A stretch of DNA of 39,147 nucleotides from NCBI GenBank assembly GCA_040905385.1, contig JBBDRP010000002.1:745010-784156 (forward strand), written 5' to 3'. Source of the DNA: Minisyncoccota bacterium. Lineage in GTDB: Bacteria; Patescibacteriota; Minisyncoccia; Phycocordibacterales; SW-6-46-9. The stretch's first letter is position 1; each line of letters begins with the position of its first letter. Below are positions 16,084-25,784 of the stretch, piece by piece. The translations under genes were made by a program, and so were the position numbers. Under the pieces are notes generated by a model that worked only from the letters and a program-made list of their open reading frames with translations, did not search any database and had not been told where the DNA came from.

Positions 16084-16674
16084 CTACAGCTGAATGGTCT
16101 TGAGTGACTGATTGATCTGACCAACTGCTGCTAAAACATGGGGTTGAAACGATGAAATAACCGAGGCTCCGTAATCGGCCGAGTAGATAAATGGTTCCAG
16201 AGCAGCGGCGTCTGGATCTGGGGCGTACCCAAGCTGGACCAAGGTGCGCAGCACTAGAAGCTTTTCCTGGGCCTTTTGTTCTGCTGTGTCAGTACTGTTT
16301 TTTACTGCCATGAGCCCTGCCGAAATAATCTGATATAAATATGGGTCATGCTGCTGATCCGGAACCAGCTGATTCAGTAGCCGGAAGAAGCGACTGATAA
16401 TCTGCTGCTGATGAGCACTTGTACATAAAAGATAGTTTGTTCCCGGTTGGCACCCAACCACTCTCCAGCCAGCCTTTCCACAGACGAGCTCTACCTCGCT
16501 TCTACTTCCGGTCTGTAACCCGCCAGCTAGCTTCGAGGTTACCTTGCGAATTGACTGCGCCCGCGCCAGAATACGGCCCAAATCACGGGTATACAGCCAA
16601 AATCGGGTACTCGCCTCTCGGTATGGCCAGTGCCGAACCACAATTGCATTCGTATCGTATACCCGGTAAGACAT
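16084..16674 (-). CDS. recO: DNA repair protein RecO (short, no zinc finger)
   Basis: OB-like N-terminus (DTNAIVVRHWPYREASTRFWLYTRDLGRILARAQSIRK...), then a helical region ending in LRTLVQLGYAPD, matching the RecO layout. Confidence 0.6.
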   Translation of the reverse strand: MSYRVYDTNAIVVRHWPYREASTRFWLYTRDLGRILARAQSIRKVTSKLAGGLQTGSRSEVELVCGKAGWRVVGCQPGTNYLLCTSAHQQQIISRFFRLLNQLVPDQQHDPYLYQIISAGLMAVKNSTDTAEQKAQEKLLVLRTLVQLGYAPDPDAAALEPFIYSADYGASVISSFQPHVLAAVGQINQSLKTIQL

Positions 16675-16683
16675 GTGTGTATT

Positions 16684-19600
16684 TTACAGTATCTTCGCCG
16701 TAAAGAAGAAGCCGTGCTCGGCGACATCATCACCATCATCTACATCTGTAAAGGAGATCTCTGCTACGGTGGCGGTATCGGTGATGTCATCAGTGAAGGC
16801 TTCCAGAAGCTCTCGGCCGGTCGCGTCGGTCTCGACCCCAAGCATAATTTCGGCGGCTGGATCAAGATCGGCCTGCTTGCGCAGCCGCTGGACGGTGCGG
16901 ATAAACTCGCGTACTACCCCTTTTCTCTTCAGCTCATCGGTGAGATCGGTATCGAGTACAGCCGGCTCGTCAATTTCCGTATCAAAATGGATTTCCTCAA
17001 CATTCACCTCATCAGCAAGGATTTCCAGAAGCTCATCCTTACCCGCCAGGCGGTCATCTCGTAGCGTTAGCTTCGCCAGCGGCTGACGGACCTTCAGCTC
17101 GGCCTGGCTACGGCGATCATGAGCGTGCGACACGGCTTCCCGAAGAACCCGCATATCGGCCAGTAACGTCTCAGTACCTTCGTGGTTACCATCAGCAGTC
17201 GGCCAGTCGGTCAGATGAACGCTTTCAACACTGCCGTCGGAAACATCGCGGTATATCTCCTCAGCAAGGAACGGCATAAATGGCGCCAGGACCTTGGACA
17301 CCTCCCGTAAAACATGCAGCGTTACATTAATTGCCTGGTCGCGATCGGCACCATCCTCACCGCGAATACGATCACGAGATCGACGAACATACCACGTAGA
17401 AAGGTCATCAATAAATTTCACAATTGGTTTGGTGGCCTTATCAATCTGGTAACTTCCTAAGCCGGCCGTCACATCGCCGATAAGCTGCCTAAGACAGGCC
17501 ATTATCCAGCGGTCCAGAACATTCTCAACCTGCACCTCTTTTGTGCGGGCGGTCTCGCGCTCCTCGCTGGTGGTATACATCTCGATAAATGAAAATGTAT
17601 TGGTAAGACGGTACATCACTTTCTTGACCACCTCATCTACCTCATCAGTAGAAAGGCTTACATTCTCTCCGCGGACAAGTGGAGAGTTTACGAGGAAGAA
17701 ACGAAGAGCATCAGCGCCTTGGTTGTTGAGAATGTCGGTTACAGGCGGGTAATTTCCTTTTGATTTACTCATCTTTTGCCCATCCTCTGCCATCACCAGG
17801 CCGTTTACGATCACATTTTCATACGGAGACTTTCCAAACAGCCCAACACCAAGAACCAGTGATGAATAGAACCAGCCTCGTGTCTGATCGAGACCTTCAG
17901 AAATAAAGTTGGCCGGGTAGCCCTTGCCTTCATCTGGTGAAAAGTCATCATTTTCAAACGGATAATGCTTGGAGGCGTATGACATCGATCCGGATTCAAA
18001 CCAGCAGTCAAAGACACTATCAATTCGCTGCATTTCTTTGCCGTTCTCTTCCCAGGTGACTTCATCAATGTATGGTCGATGAAAATCAAGCTCAAAGTCT
18101 CCGTTGTGGGGATACGGCCAAAAATCCAACTTTAAAATCGAGCCAGTATCCATATCACCTATGGTTCGTCGTCGCGTTATAATTTCGTCATTTGGAATTA
18201 ATTCAGATGTCCACTGCATAATGCGCAATGGTAATCCGTGACTAATAATCAGAATATTCTTATCTTGATAACTCTCATTAATATCAAACAAGGCTGACAG
18301 CATGCGAGTCCTAATATCTGTGTATGTCTCTCCTCCTTCAACCGTTTCCGAGAATGGCTCCAGATCATCCATGACTTCATGCCACTTTTCAACTTTTTTA
18401 CCCTCAAGTATTCCGGCCTTGTTCTCAGTAAATCGCTCATCGATGATTATTTGTTCAGTAGAAAGATCAAGGCTTTCTTTAACCATTTCTGCGGTCTCTT
18501 TCGTACGAAGCATTGGTGAAACAAAAACAAAGTCGATATCAATATCCTCTAGTTTAGTAATCGCTTCGCGAACCTCCTCTTTTCCTTTATTAGTTAAGTG
18601 ATGTTCGTTGCTCGGCAGTGAGCTCATAATTCGTTTGATATTATGATCCGCCTCGCCATGACGCATAGCAAAGAATTTGTTTGAGCTTTTGGTTTTCTCT
18701 TTAAGATCAGCAAGCGAGCTAATCACCTCGACTACTTCTCCATCGGCTGACTTCCAGACCGGGAGCGGTGCACCCCAGAATCGCTCGCGGGAAATCGCCC
18801 AGTCGCGGGCACCTTCCAGCCAGTTACCAAATCGATTAGAGCCGATAGCTTTAGGGACCCAGCCAACATTCTCATTGGCAGCCACTAGGTCGTCCTTGAA
18901 GGAGCTGACCTCTACGAACCAGGAAGTAGTTGCATAGTTTAGAAGCGGCGTCTCGCAGCGCCAACAAAGCGGATACTGGTGATGAAGATTCTCTTTATTA
19001 AAGAGAAGGTCCTTATCCAACAGATACCGCAAAATTTCAATGTCGGCGGAGAGATGCTCTTCATTGCCTTCATCACGCGGCTTTACCTTCATGCCAGCAA
19101 AGTCCGTAACGTCGGCGGTAAATTCCCCCGATTCTGTTACGTGATGAACGATAGGAATACCGTGATCTTCGGCCAAGGAGAGGTCATCGGCACCAAAGGC
19201 GGGCGCAATGTGGACTAGGCCGGTTCCTTCCTCGAGCGTAACGAAGTCGGCGCCGTACACCTGCCATGCCCCGGCCTTGTTCTCGATTTCCTTGTCCTGA
19301 AAGTAGCTAAATGGCGATTGATATATTTTTCCAATAAGTTTTTCTCCAGAGAAATTTTCGGAGTCTATATCATCTTGCATGCTTAAGAATAAAAGCTTAT
19401 GAAGTTTTCCTTCATTTTTTTGAGCCGCTTCTTTAGAAAAAATATAACCACCTGATTCAAAATCTACATCTAAATCATATTTCTTAGGATCGAAATTTTC
19501 AGGAATCACAACTTTTACATACTCTAATTCTGGATTCACCGCTACCGCCATGTTGCCTGGTAGCGTCCATGGTGTCGTGGTCCAGATCAAGAGACTGGTG

Positions 19601-20292
19601 TCCGGCGCATCAGCCAGCGGTAGCTTTACCGTCACGGCAATGTCCTTCTGTTCGACGTAGCCTTGGTTAACCTCAAAATTCGATAGTGGTGTCTCACAGC
19701 GCGGACAGACATGCATCGACTTGAAGCCCTCATAAACGAGATCTTTTTTGTCTAACTCACTAAAAGCCCACCAGATGCTCTCGGTGTAGCTGGAATCCAT
19801 GGTGCGGTAGTCATTGTCCATATCCACCCAGCGACCAGTACGGGGAATAATCCGCTTCCAGTCTTCTGCATACTGCAGTACAAAATCCTTGGCGACCTCA
19901 TTAAACTTTTCAATTCCGTACTCAGAAATATCTTTTTTCGTCTCTAACCCCAGATGATCCTCAACCTGATTTTCCAGTGGAAGGCCATGTGTATCCCAGC
20001 CCCACTGACGCTCGACGTGGTAGCCCTGCATGGTCTTGAAGCGAGGAATGACATCCTTGATGGTACCGGGAAGAATGTGTCCGTAATGCGGCAGTCCAGT
20101 GGCAAATGGCGGACCATCATAGAAGACAAACTCACCCTTTGGGGATTCTTTGGCAAGCGTCTTCTCGAAGATATTATTATCGCGCCAGAATTCTAAGGTT
20201 ACTTCCTCACGCTTAGCAATATCTGACTTCTTCCCTTGCCCTTCCGTAGCTTTAGCGGAGGAGGGTGATTTCTCCTGGTTTTGGTCACTCAT
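16684..20292 (-). CDS. ileS: Isoleucyl-tRNA synthetase (type 2-like) with an internal histidine-phosphatase domain insertion
   Basis: PPFATGLPHYGH, TTTPWTLPGN, RDWAISRERFWGAPLPVW, HRPYIDEV, WFESGSMSYA and KMSKSKGN. Residues ~537-730 form a foreign RHGE...SHG domain. Confidence 0.95.
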   Translation of the reverse strand: MSDQNQEKSPSSAKATEGQGKKSDIAKREEVTLEFWRDNNIFEKTLAKESPKGEFVFYDGPPFATGLPHYGHILPGTIKDVIPRFKTMQGYHVERQWGWDTHGLPLENQVEDHLGLETKKDISEYGIEKFNEVAKDFVLQYAEDWKRIIPRTGRWVDMDNDYRTMDSSYTESIWWAFSELDKKDLVYEGFKSMHVCPRCETPLSNFEVNQGYVEQKDIAVTVKLPLADAPDTSLLIWTTTPWTLPGNMAVAVNPELEYVKVVIPENFDPKKYDLDVDFESGGYIFSKEAAQKNEGKLHKLLFLSMQDDIDSENFSGEKLIGKIYQSPFSYFQDKEIENKAGAWQVYGADFVTLEEGTGLVHIAPAFGADDLSLAEDHGIPIVHHVTESGEFTADVTDFAGMKVKPRDEGNEEHLSADIEILRYLLDKDLLFNKENLHHQYPLCWRCETPLLNYATTSWFVEVSSFKDDLVAANENVGWVPKAIGSNRFGNWLEGARDWAISRERFWGAPLPVWKSADGEVVEVISSLADLKEKTKSSNKFFAMRHGEADHNIKRIMSSLPSNEHHLTNKGKEEVREAITKLEDIDIDFVFVSPMLRTKETAEMVKESLDLSTEQIIIDERFTENKAGILEGKKVEKWHEVMDDLEPFSETVEGGETYTDIRTRMLSALFDINESYQDKNILIISHGLPLRIMQWTSELIPNDEIITRRRTIGDMDTGSILKLDFWPYPHNGDFELDFHRPYIDEVTWEENGKEMQRIDSVFDCWFESGSMSYASKHYPFENDDFSPDEGKGYPANFISEGLDQTRGWFYSSLVLGVGLFGKSPYENVIVNGLVMAEDGQKMSKSKGNYPPVTDILNNQGADALRFFLVNSPLVRGENVSLSTDEVDEVVKKVMYRLTNTFSFIEMYTTSEERETARTKEVQVENVLDRWIMACLRQLIGDVTAGLGSYQIDKATKPIVKFIDDLSTWYVRRSRDRIRGEDGADRDQAINVTLHVLREVSKVLAPFMPFLAEEIYRDVSDGSVESVHLTDWPTADGNHEGTETLLADMRVLREAVSHAHDRRSQAELKVRQPLAKLTLRDDRLAGKDELLEILADEVNVEEIHFDTEIDEPAVLDTDLTDELKRKGVVREFIRTVQRLRKQADLDPAAEIMLGVETDATGRELLEAFTDDITDTATVAEISFTDVDDGDDVAEHGFFFTAKIL

Positions 20293-20410
20293 ATGTGTAC
20301 TAGAGTAACATATACAGCCACTGGATATGAAGGGCTTTACGACGTGAATTGATGTTTGCTATAGTAAAGGCAGGTAATCGCAACTTCCAACCCCATAATA
20401 AGGAGAATTT

Positions 20411-20587
20411 ATGCCTGATAAAGACAATTCCTTTACTCCCTACGTTGAAAAGATCAAAACCTGTTTCCGACCTCACCGAGCTCGAAGAAAAAAGAATAAG
20501 ATTGTTGTAGCTCAGGAGAATTTAGACAACACAGACACTGGAAACAGAAAAGTGCCGGAAGAAAACCAGGCACCTAAATATCCATAA
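20411..20587 (+). CDS. Small basic hypothetical protein (58 aa)
   Basis: AAGGAG lies 7 nt upstream of the ATG. Translation is MPDKDNSFTPYVEKIKTCFRPHRARRKKNKIVVAQENLDNTDTGNRKVPEENQAPKYP. A terminator follows. Below the ORF-track cutoff. Confidence 0.5.
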   Translation: MPDKDNSFTPYVEKIKTCFRPHRARRKKNKIVVAQENLDNTDTGNRKVPEENQAPKYP

Positions 20588-20610
20588 TTAGTATCCCATC
20601 CTAAAAGCAG

Positions 20611-20644
20611 GACGCTAGCCTTGACTGGTTAGCGTCTATTTTTA
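20611..20644 (+). terminator. Rho-independent terminator
   Basis: GACGCTAGCC-ttgact-GGTTAGCGTC followed by TATTTTTA. Confidence 0.65.
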
Positions 20645-20710
20645 TGGACGTACGGGTTGAAAAGTTGTATAATACACGGAGAACTGAAACTTAAAATTAA
20701 ATAGATTGTT

Positions 20711-21163
20711 ATGGATGAAGAGACTGATGATACCTCTGCCAAAAAAACGACCGACACGACACTGCGTGCAGCTTATGTAGCCCTTTGGCTAGAAATATTA
20801 TCTGCTGAAGAAAAAGATATATATTTTGGCCATGGACAGATAAGGATTCTAGAGACAAATTTACGCAAACAACCGATTGATCTGCCAGGTATTTGTGGTG
20901 ATAATGACGAATACAACGAATTACTTGATGTTGTAGATACTTGGTTTAATTCAAACTTTGTAGAAACATTTAAGTTATTTAATAAAAATGAAATAAGTAA
21001 TATTGGTCAATTGCGAGATTATATCCAGGAAGCTGTTGGAATAGGTCAGGATGAAGAATCACATGTAGTAGATAATTGGCTAATAAACGAGTTACTGAAC
21101 TCAGACCAAATTGAAAAGGACATTAACCAACAGATTACAGAGTGGAAAAATAAGAAAAAATAA
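20711..21163 (+). CDS. Acidic hypothetical protein
   Basis: 150-aa ORF with an extended -10 (TGTATAAT) about 40 nt upstream. No family recognised. Confidence 0.5.
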   Translation: MDEETDDTSAKKTTDTTLRAAYVALWLEILSAEEKDIYFGHGQIRILETNLRKQPIDLPGICGDNDEYNELLDVVDTWFNSNFVETFKLFNKNEISNIGQLRDYIQEAVGIGQDEESHVVDNWLINELLNSDQIEKDINQQITEWKNKKK

Positions 21164-21165
21164 AT

Positions 21166-21197
21166 AACTCCGGCGGAAATTATCCGTCGGAGTTTTA
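21166..21197. terminator. Bidirectional terminator hairpin
   Basis: AACTCCGGCGG-aaattat-CCGTCGGAGTT followed by TTT, between convergent genes. Confidence 0.6.
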
Positions 21198-21216
21198 ATA
21201 TACTCGCTCGATACAT

Positions 21217-22935
21217 CTACATCTCCTCTGGGGCGGTGATTCCTAAAAGGTGAAGACCGTTTTTCAACGTCTGGGCCGTGGTCTGCACCAGGGCAAGTCG
21301 ATACGGCGTCTCGTCTGCCGCCACCACAATCTGCGTATTGCCATAAAACGTATTAAAAATCCGCGCCAGATCATGCAGATAGGTAGCAATCAGATGCGGG
21401 GCGTACTGGTCGGCGGCGCGAGCAACGACGCTGGGGAATCTGTACAGCAGGCGCTCAATATCAGTCGTCTCTTCTGGCCAGATGGTGCCCGCATCCGGCT
21501 GGAAGCCTTCCTCTGCCGCCTTCTCAAGAAGGGATCGGCAACGAGCGTACGTGTACTGCAAATATGGACCAGAGTTACCCTCAAAGGACAGAGCCTGCTC
21601 GGTATCAAAGGCCACGTTCTTGGCCGCATCACCTTTGAGAATGGCGTAGCGAACCGCCGCCTGAGCGATATTCTCGGCCACTGCCTCCCTTCCGTCGGTA
21701 TCCAGCCGATCGGCGATCTTGGCCTTGGCGCGCTCTTTTACTGTATCCAGAAGTTCTTCTGCCGACAGTACGTCACCGGTTCGCGACGACATCTTGCCGT
21801 CCTTCAGCTGCAGCATCCCGTGGCCGATGTGGGTGGTCCCTTCAGCCAGGTCAGGAATCGCCTCCCCAGCCGCGGCCAGCACCACCTTGAAATACTCATT
21901 CTGCTCGTTGGCGGTGAAGATTACCGCCTCGTCGTAGGCGTACTCCTGGTACTTGAGCTGCATCAAGCCGAGATCCTTGGCCTCGTACGTCGGGATCCCG
22001 GCTGAGTTGATGAACACACGGGTATGCAGCCCCGCTTCCTCGTCACCGCGGTAGATAACGGCGCCATCATTTTCCTCAAAAATTCCTTCATCAAGACCTT
22101 GCTGGACAATATCCTTCCCGATGGGGGCAGTTTCAGACTCGAAAAACTGCCAGTCGAGCTGGACACCGAGGCGGTCGTACAACGACTGATAACTCTCGAG
22201 ACTCCACTGGCAGGCGTTTTTGTATACTTCGCTTACCTCTGCATTTTTACCGCTATAAATCTGCTCATTTATCACCTCAATCTTTTCTCGGGATGATTCA
22301 TTCTGCGTAAAGGCTGTATCACCAGCAGCATACATGCCACCCAGATAATTAGCCTTTTGGGCTGGTGTTTCTCGGTCGGCAGGAAATGGATCGTCGCTGG
22401 CCATAATCGCCCAGACAGCCTTCGCGATATGCATCCCGACATCACCCTGATAACTATCCCGCCGGACCTCGGCTCCCTGCGACTGGTAGATGTTCGCGAT
22501 AGCGTTGCCAATGACGTGGCTCATCAAATGCCCAACATGAAACTCCTTAAGAAGATTCTGGGTCGTGTATTCAAAAATAGTTTTTCGGCCGGCGCTGCCG
22601 TCACTGGTGCCAAAATCATCACCGCGCTCCTGGATCTGCTTAACAGACTCGGCAAAGAAGACGGATGAGAGGTGGAAGTTGATAAAGCCGGGGCCGGCTA
22701 CGGTGACCTCCGTAACCTCTTCAGGAAGACCCCCTTCTAGCGCAGCGACAATCTTCTCGGCTAGCTCACGAGGGTTCGTGCTCAGCTCACCGGCAAGCCG
22801 GAGTGCAATATTGCACGCATAATCACCATGAGACAGCTCGGCCGGGTGCTCCAGCTCGATCTGCTCTTCGGCGACCTCAATCTCGAGACTATCCAAGACC
22901 GCTTTTATGGAATTTTTTATCGTATCGGTAATCAT
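21217..22935 (-). CDS. argS: Arginyl-tRNA synthetase
   Basis: 572 aa. ...PNPTGxLHVGH-like TTQNLLKEFHVGHLMSHVIG, a MSSRTG (KMSKS-equivalent) motif, and the C-terminal anticodon-binding domain ending in ...EM. Confidence 0.9.
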   Translation of the reverse strand: MITDTIKNSIKAVLDSLEIEVAEEQIELEHPAELSHGDYACNIALRLAGELSTNPRELAEKIVAALEGGLPEEVTEVTVAGPGFINFHLSSVFFAESVKQIQERGDDFGTSDGSAGRKTIFEYTTQNLLKEFHVGHLMSHVIGNAIANIYQSQGAEVRRDSYQGDVGMHIAKAVWAIMASDDPFPADRETPAQKANYLGGMYAAGDTAFTQNESSREKIEVINEQIYSGKNAEVSEVYKNACQWSLESYQSLYDRLGVQLDWQFFESETAPIGKDIVQQGLDEGIFEENDGAVIYRGDEEAGLHTRVFINSAGIPTYEAKDLGLMQLKYQEYAYDEAVIFTANEQNEYFKVVLAAAGEAIPDLAEGTTHIGHGMLQLKDGKMSSRTGDVLSAEELLDTVKERAKAKIADRLDTDGREAVAENIAQAAVRYAILKGDAAKNVAFDTEQALSFEGNSGPYLQYTYARCRSLLEKAAEEGFQPDAGTIWPEETTDIERLLYRFPSVVARAADQYAPHLIATYLHDLARIFNTFYGNTQIVVAADETPYRLALVQTTAQTLKNGLHLLGITAPEEM

Positions 22936-22988
22936 TTTGATGTTTTAAGTGTTATATAACGGATTATATAACATGTGTCGCAACGGCC

Positions 22989-24248
22989 TTAGAATGAGTC
23001 CGGGATTGGATAGTCAGCGGCTAAGGAAGCGACCTCCTCGGCCACGTCTGTCTGCAGGGCATCGTTATCCGGATCCTCCAGTAAGTTGCAGATCAGCTCA
23101 GCCAGGCGGCGGCTAGCACCCGTATCAAATCCACGCGTTGTGATCGCCGGTGTGCCGATACGAACGCCGGATGGATCCATTGGGGACCGCTCGTCGTCGG
23201 GAATAGCATTTTTATTGAGCGTAATGCCGACCGACTCTAGCGTCTCCTGTGCCTTGTCACCACCAATTCCAAAGGATTCGACAACATCGATGAGCATCAG
23301 GTGATTGTCAGTACCACCGGTAATCAGCGTTGCGTCGTGATCGACAAATACCGCCGCCATCGCCCGAGCATTGACTACCACCTGCTTTGCGTAGCTAGCA
23401 AAATCATCAGTTGCGGCCTCGCGGAAAGCGACGGCTTTGGCGGCGACTGTGTTCATGTGTGGGCCGCCCTGTAAGCCCGGAAATACGGCTTTATCAATCT
23501 TTGCGGCTATCTCCTCAACCTGGCTAAGGATAAGCCCGCCACGGGGACCACGGAGCGTCTTATGGGTGGTGCAGGTCATGACATCGAACCCAGCCGCCAG
23601 TGGATTCGCCAACGCACCGCCAGCAATCAGGCCGGCGATGTGGGCTGCGTCCATCACGGCTACGGCGCCGACCTCTCGGGCAATCTCAACGAATTTTTCG
23701 TAATCAAGTTCGCGCGGGTAGGCCGAGAAACCAGCTAGCACCATCTTTGGCTGCTCTCGTTTCGCCGTCTCGCGCAGAGCCTCATAATCAATCTCTCCGG
23801 TCTCGATATTCTTCATGCCGTAGCGGACAAAGTTGAAGACCTTGGCCGGTAGCGTCACCGGATGACCGTGGGTAAGATGCCCGCCGTGTGAGAGATCCAT
23901 CCCCAGCACGGTATCCCCCGGCTCAAGCAGTGCAAAGTAGACGGCAAGGTTGGCCGGCGCACCGGAAAGCGGCTGCACATTGGCGTACTTCCCGCCAAAA
24001 AGCTCCTTGGCCCGCTCAATCGCCAGCTCCTCAACCACATTGGTAAACTCCTGGCCGCTGTAGTAGCGACGGCCTGGGTAGCCCTCCGCATACTTTTCCG
24101 CCAGCCGGCTGGCTGTTGCCTCATGCACGGCCTGGCTGGTGTAGTTTTCCGAGGCAATCAGGTTCAGCGTCTTGGCCTGGCGATCCGCCTCACCAATAGC
24201 TGCGGCATAGATGGCTTCATCTTCTTTTTTGAGGTGGTTGTACTGCAT
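22989..24248 (-). CDS. glyA: Serine hydroxymethyltransferase
   Basis: LIASENYTS, YAEGYPGRRYY, LSHGGHLTHG and TTHKTLRGPRGG (PLP lysine motif). Confidence 0.95.
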   Translation of the reverse strand: MQYNHLKKEDEAIYAAAIGEADRQAKTLNLIASENYTSQAVHEATASRLAEKYAEGYPGRRYYSGQEFTNVVEELAIERAKELFGGKYANVQPLSGAPANLAVYFALLEPGDTVLGMDLSHGGHLTHGHPVTLPAKVFNFVRYGMKNIETGEIDYEALRETAKREQPKMVLAGFSAYPRELDYEKFVEIAREVGAVAVMDAAHIAGLIAGGALANPLAAGFDVMTCTTHKTLRGPRGGLILSQVEEIAAKIDKAVFPGLQGGPHMNTVAAKAVAFREAATDDFASYAKQVVVNARAMAAVFVDHDATLITGGTDNHLMLIDVVESFGIGGDKAQETLESVGITLNKNAIPDDERSPMDPSGVRIGTPAITTRGFDTGASRRLAELICNLLEDPDNDALQTDVAEEVASLAADYPIPDSF

Positions 24249-24257
24249 AAACAGAGC

Positions 24258-25232
24258 TTATTTATCGAACTTATCACGATCGCTCTCATCAAAGCCCCCG
24301 GCCACGGTCATCTCACCGGTAAGCTTTTCGTGAGATTCGTAGTTCTTTAGCGTTACTTTGTCTGGCGTAAAGTCATCCAGCGTCTTTACACTGTCATCAA
24401 TCTCGATGGTTGGTAGCGGCTTCGGCTCGCGAGCTACCTGCTCGGCCACTTGATCAAAGTGGTTCTGGTAAATGTGCGCGTCACCAAAGGTATGCACAAA
24501 ATCTCCCGGCTCAAATCCGGCAACATGTGCTACCAGTTGTGTAAGGAGGGCGTAACTGGCGATATTGAACGGTACCCCCAGAAACATGTCGGCACTGCGT
24601 TGGTACAGCTGTAGATTCAGCTTACCACCGGCTGTATTAATGTGATACAGGATATGACAAAGCGGAAAACGAAGCGCCTCGCCAGGATTTGCCATCGCAT
24701 ACAAATACTCGGGATTCCAGGTAGTAACCACCATGTGCTTTCGCTCGGGTGTTACCTCCAACGTATCAATCACCCACTGCAACTGGTCGATTTCACGACC
24801 ATCACTCGCCTGCCACTCACGCCAGTGCTCTCCGTAGATGTGTGGTAGCTCTCCCCACTCTTCGGCAAAGGCGTTGTCCTCGGCAATCTTGGTGATGAAC
24901 TCATCCTGCGTCATCTCCTCCTCTTCACCTTCTTTAACGGCATCCTGGTAAATCTTGTATGGATAGTCATCCCAGATGTGAACGCCATTATCAACTAGGT
25001 ACTTAATATTAGTCTGCCCAGAGACAAACCAGTACAGCTCATGAACAATTCCTTTCCACCAGGTCTTCTTTGTCGTCAGAAGCGGAAAGCCCTGTGATAG
25101 GTCAAAGCGCATCTGGGCACCAAAGACGCTCTGGAGTCCGTTTCCGGTATTGTGATCGCCCTTCATAACGCCTTCTTCGCGAATCCGTTTAAGAAGATTT
25201 AGATACTGATACTCTGGGTGATTTTCTTTCAT
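24258..25232 (-). CDS. thyA: Thymidylate synthase ThyA (with small-domain insertion)
   Basis: FPLLTTKK, PLCHILYHIN (catalytic Cys), LQLYQRSADMFLGVPFNIASYALL and FGDAHIY. Start set at MKENHPEYQYL (ATG at 25230-25232), 1 nt after the dcd stop. Confidence 0.93.
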   Translation of the reverse strand: MKENHPEYQYLNLLKRIREEGVMKGDHNTGNGLQSVFGAQMRFDLSQGFPLLTTKKTWWKGIVHELYWFVSGQTNIKYLVDNGVHIWDDYPYKIYQDAVKEGEEEEMTQDEFITKIAEDNAFAEEWGELPHIYGEHWREWQASDGREIDQLQWVIDTLEVTPERKHMVVTTWNPEYLYAMANPGEALRFPLCHILYHINTAGGKLNLQLYQRSADMFLGVPFNIASYALLTQLVAHVAGFEPGDFVHTFGDAHIYQNHFDQVAEQVAREPKPLPTIEIDDSVKTLDDFTPDKVTLKNYESHEKLTGEMTVAGGFDESDRDKFDK

Positions 25233-25233
25233 A

Positions 25234-25782
25234 TTAATTACTTTTTTTAGGTGTAAAATGATCGGAATTTTCGGCATCATACCGGCCAACACTTTCGTAC
25301 TGCTGCGTTGTCGGGCTGGTAAGTCTTGCAAATAAAAGCTGTGCCACCTCCATCCCTGGTCGAAGCACAATTGGCACGTTAGAGTTGTTTACCAGCTCAA
25401 AGGTTGGATGAAACTTGTGTCCAGGATTGAAAAGCATGGCGGTATTGTGAACCACTAGTCCAATTCGGGCCAGACTACTTTTCCCCGACAGCAACATCAG
25501 GTGCCGATTGTCTACCCCGATAAACTCGCGTTGCTTGCCAAGTACGCTCTCGCCGGGATGCAGCACAAAGTAGCCGTCGTCGTCAATTTCAATCTTGGTC
25601 GTATCTGGATACACGCCCTTGGCTGGGTCGGCGGCCTGTACCTGGTGGCGATCAACCGACTCGAAGCTGTTATCAAGTGTGACGTCGTAGCTAGCCACCT
25701 GTAGCTGATCCTGGTTAAACGGCTCAATGGTAATGGCGCCACTATCGAGACCTTTCTGGATGTCGGTGTCAGATAGAAACAT
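25234..25782 (-). CDS. dcd: dCTP deaminase family protein
   Basis: MFLSDTDIQKGLDSGAITIEPF...ASYDVTL...G.SSLARIGL...VHNTA..NPG....TFELVN are Dcd family hallmarks. Start trimmed to MFLSD. Confidence 0.85.
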   Translation of the reverse strand: MFLSDTDIQKGLDSGAITIEPFNQDQLQVASYDVTLDNSFESVDRHQVQAADPAKGVYPDTTKIEIDDDGYFVLHPGESVLGKQREFIGVDNRHLMLLSGKSSLARIGLVVHNTAMLFNPGHKFHPTFELVNNSNVPIVLRPGMEVAQLLFARLTSPTTQQYESVGRYDAENSDHFTPKKSN

Positions 25783-25784
25783 AT

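Noticed and set aside
18103-18684. An intein as the explanation for the ileS insertion.
   Set aside because: There is no Cys/Ser/Thr at the N-terminal junction with a His-Asn + Cys/Ser/Thr C-terminal junction, and no endonuclease blocks. The sequence instead matches histidine-phosphatase motifs.
21250-22005. Long antisense ORFs inside argS (251 aa), ileS, metG, glyA and other genes in the ORF track.
   Set aside because: They lie opposite well-supported conserved genes and have R/S/P/G-rich, low-information translations typical of antisense frames.
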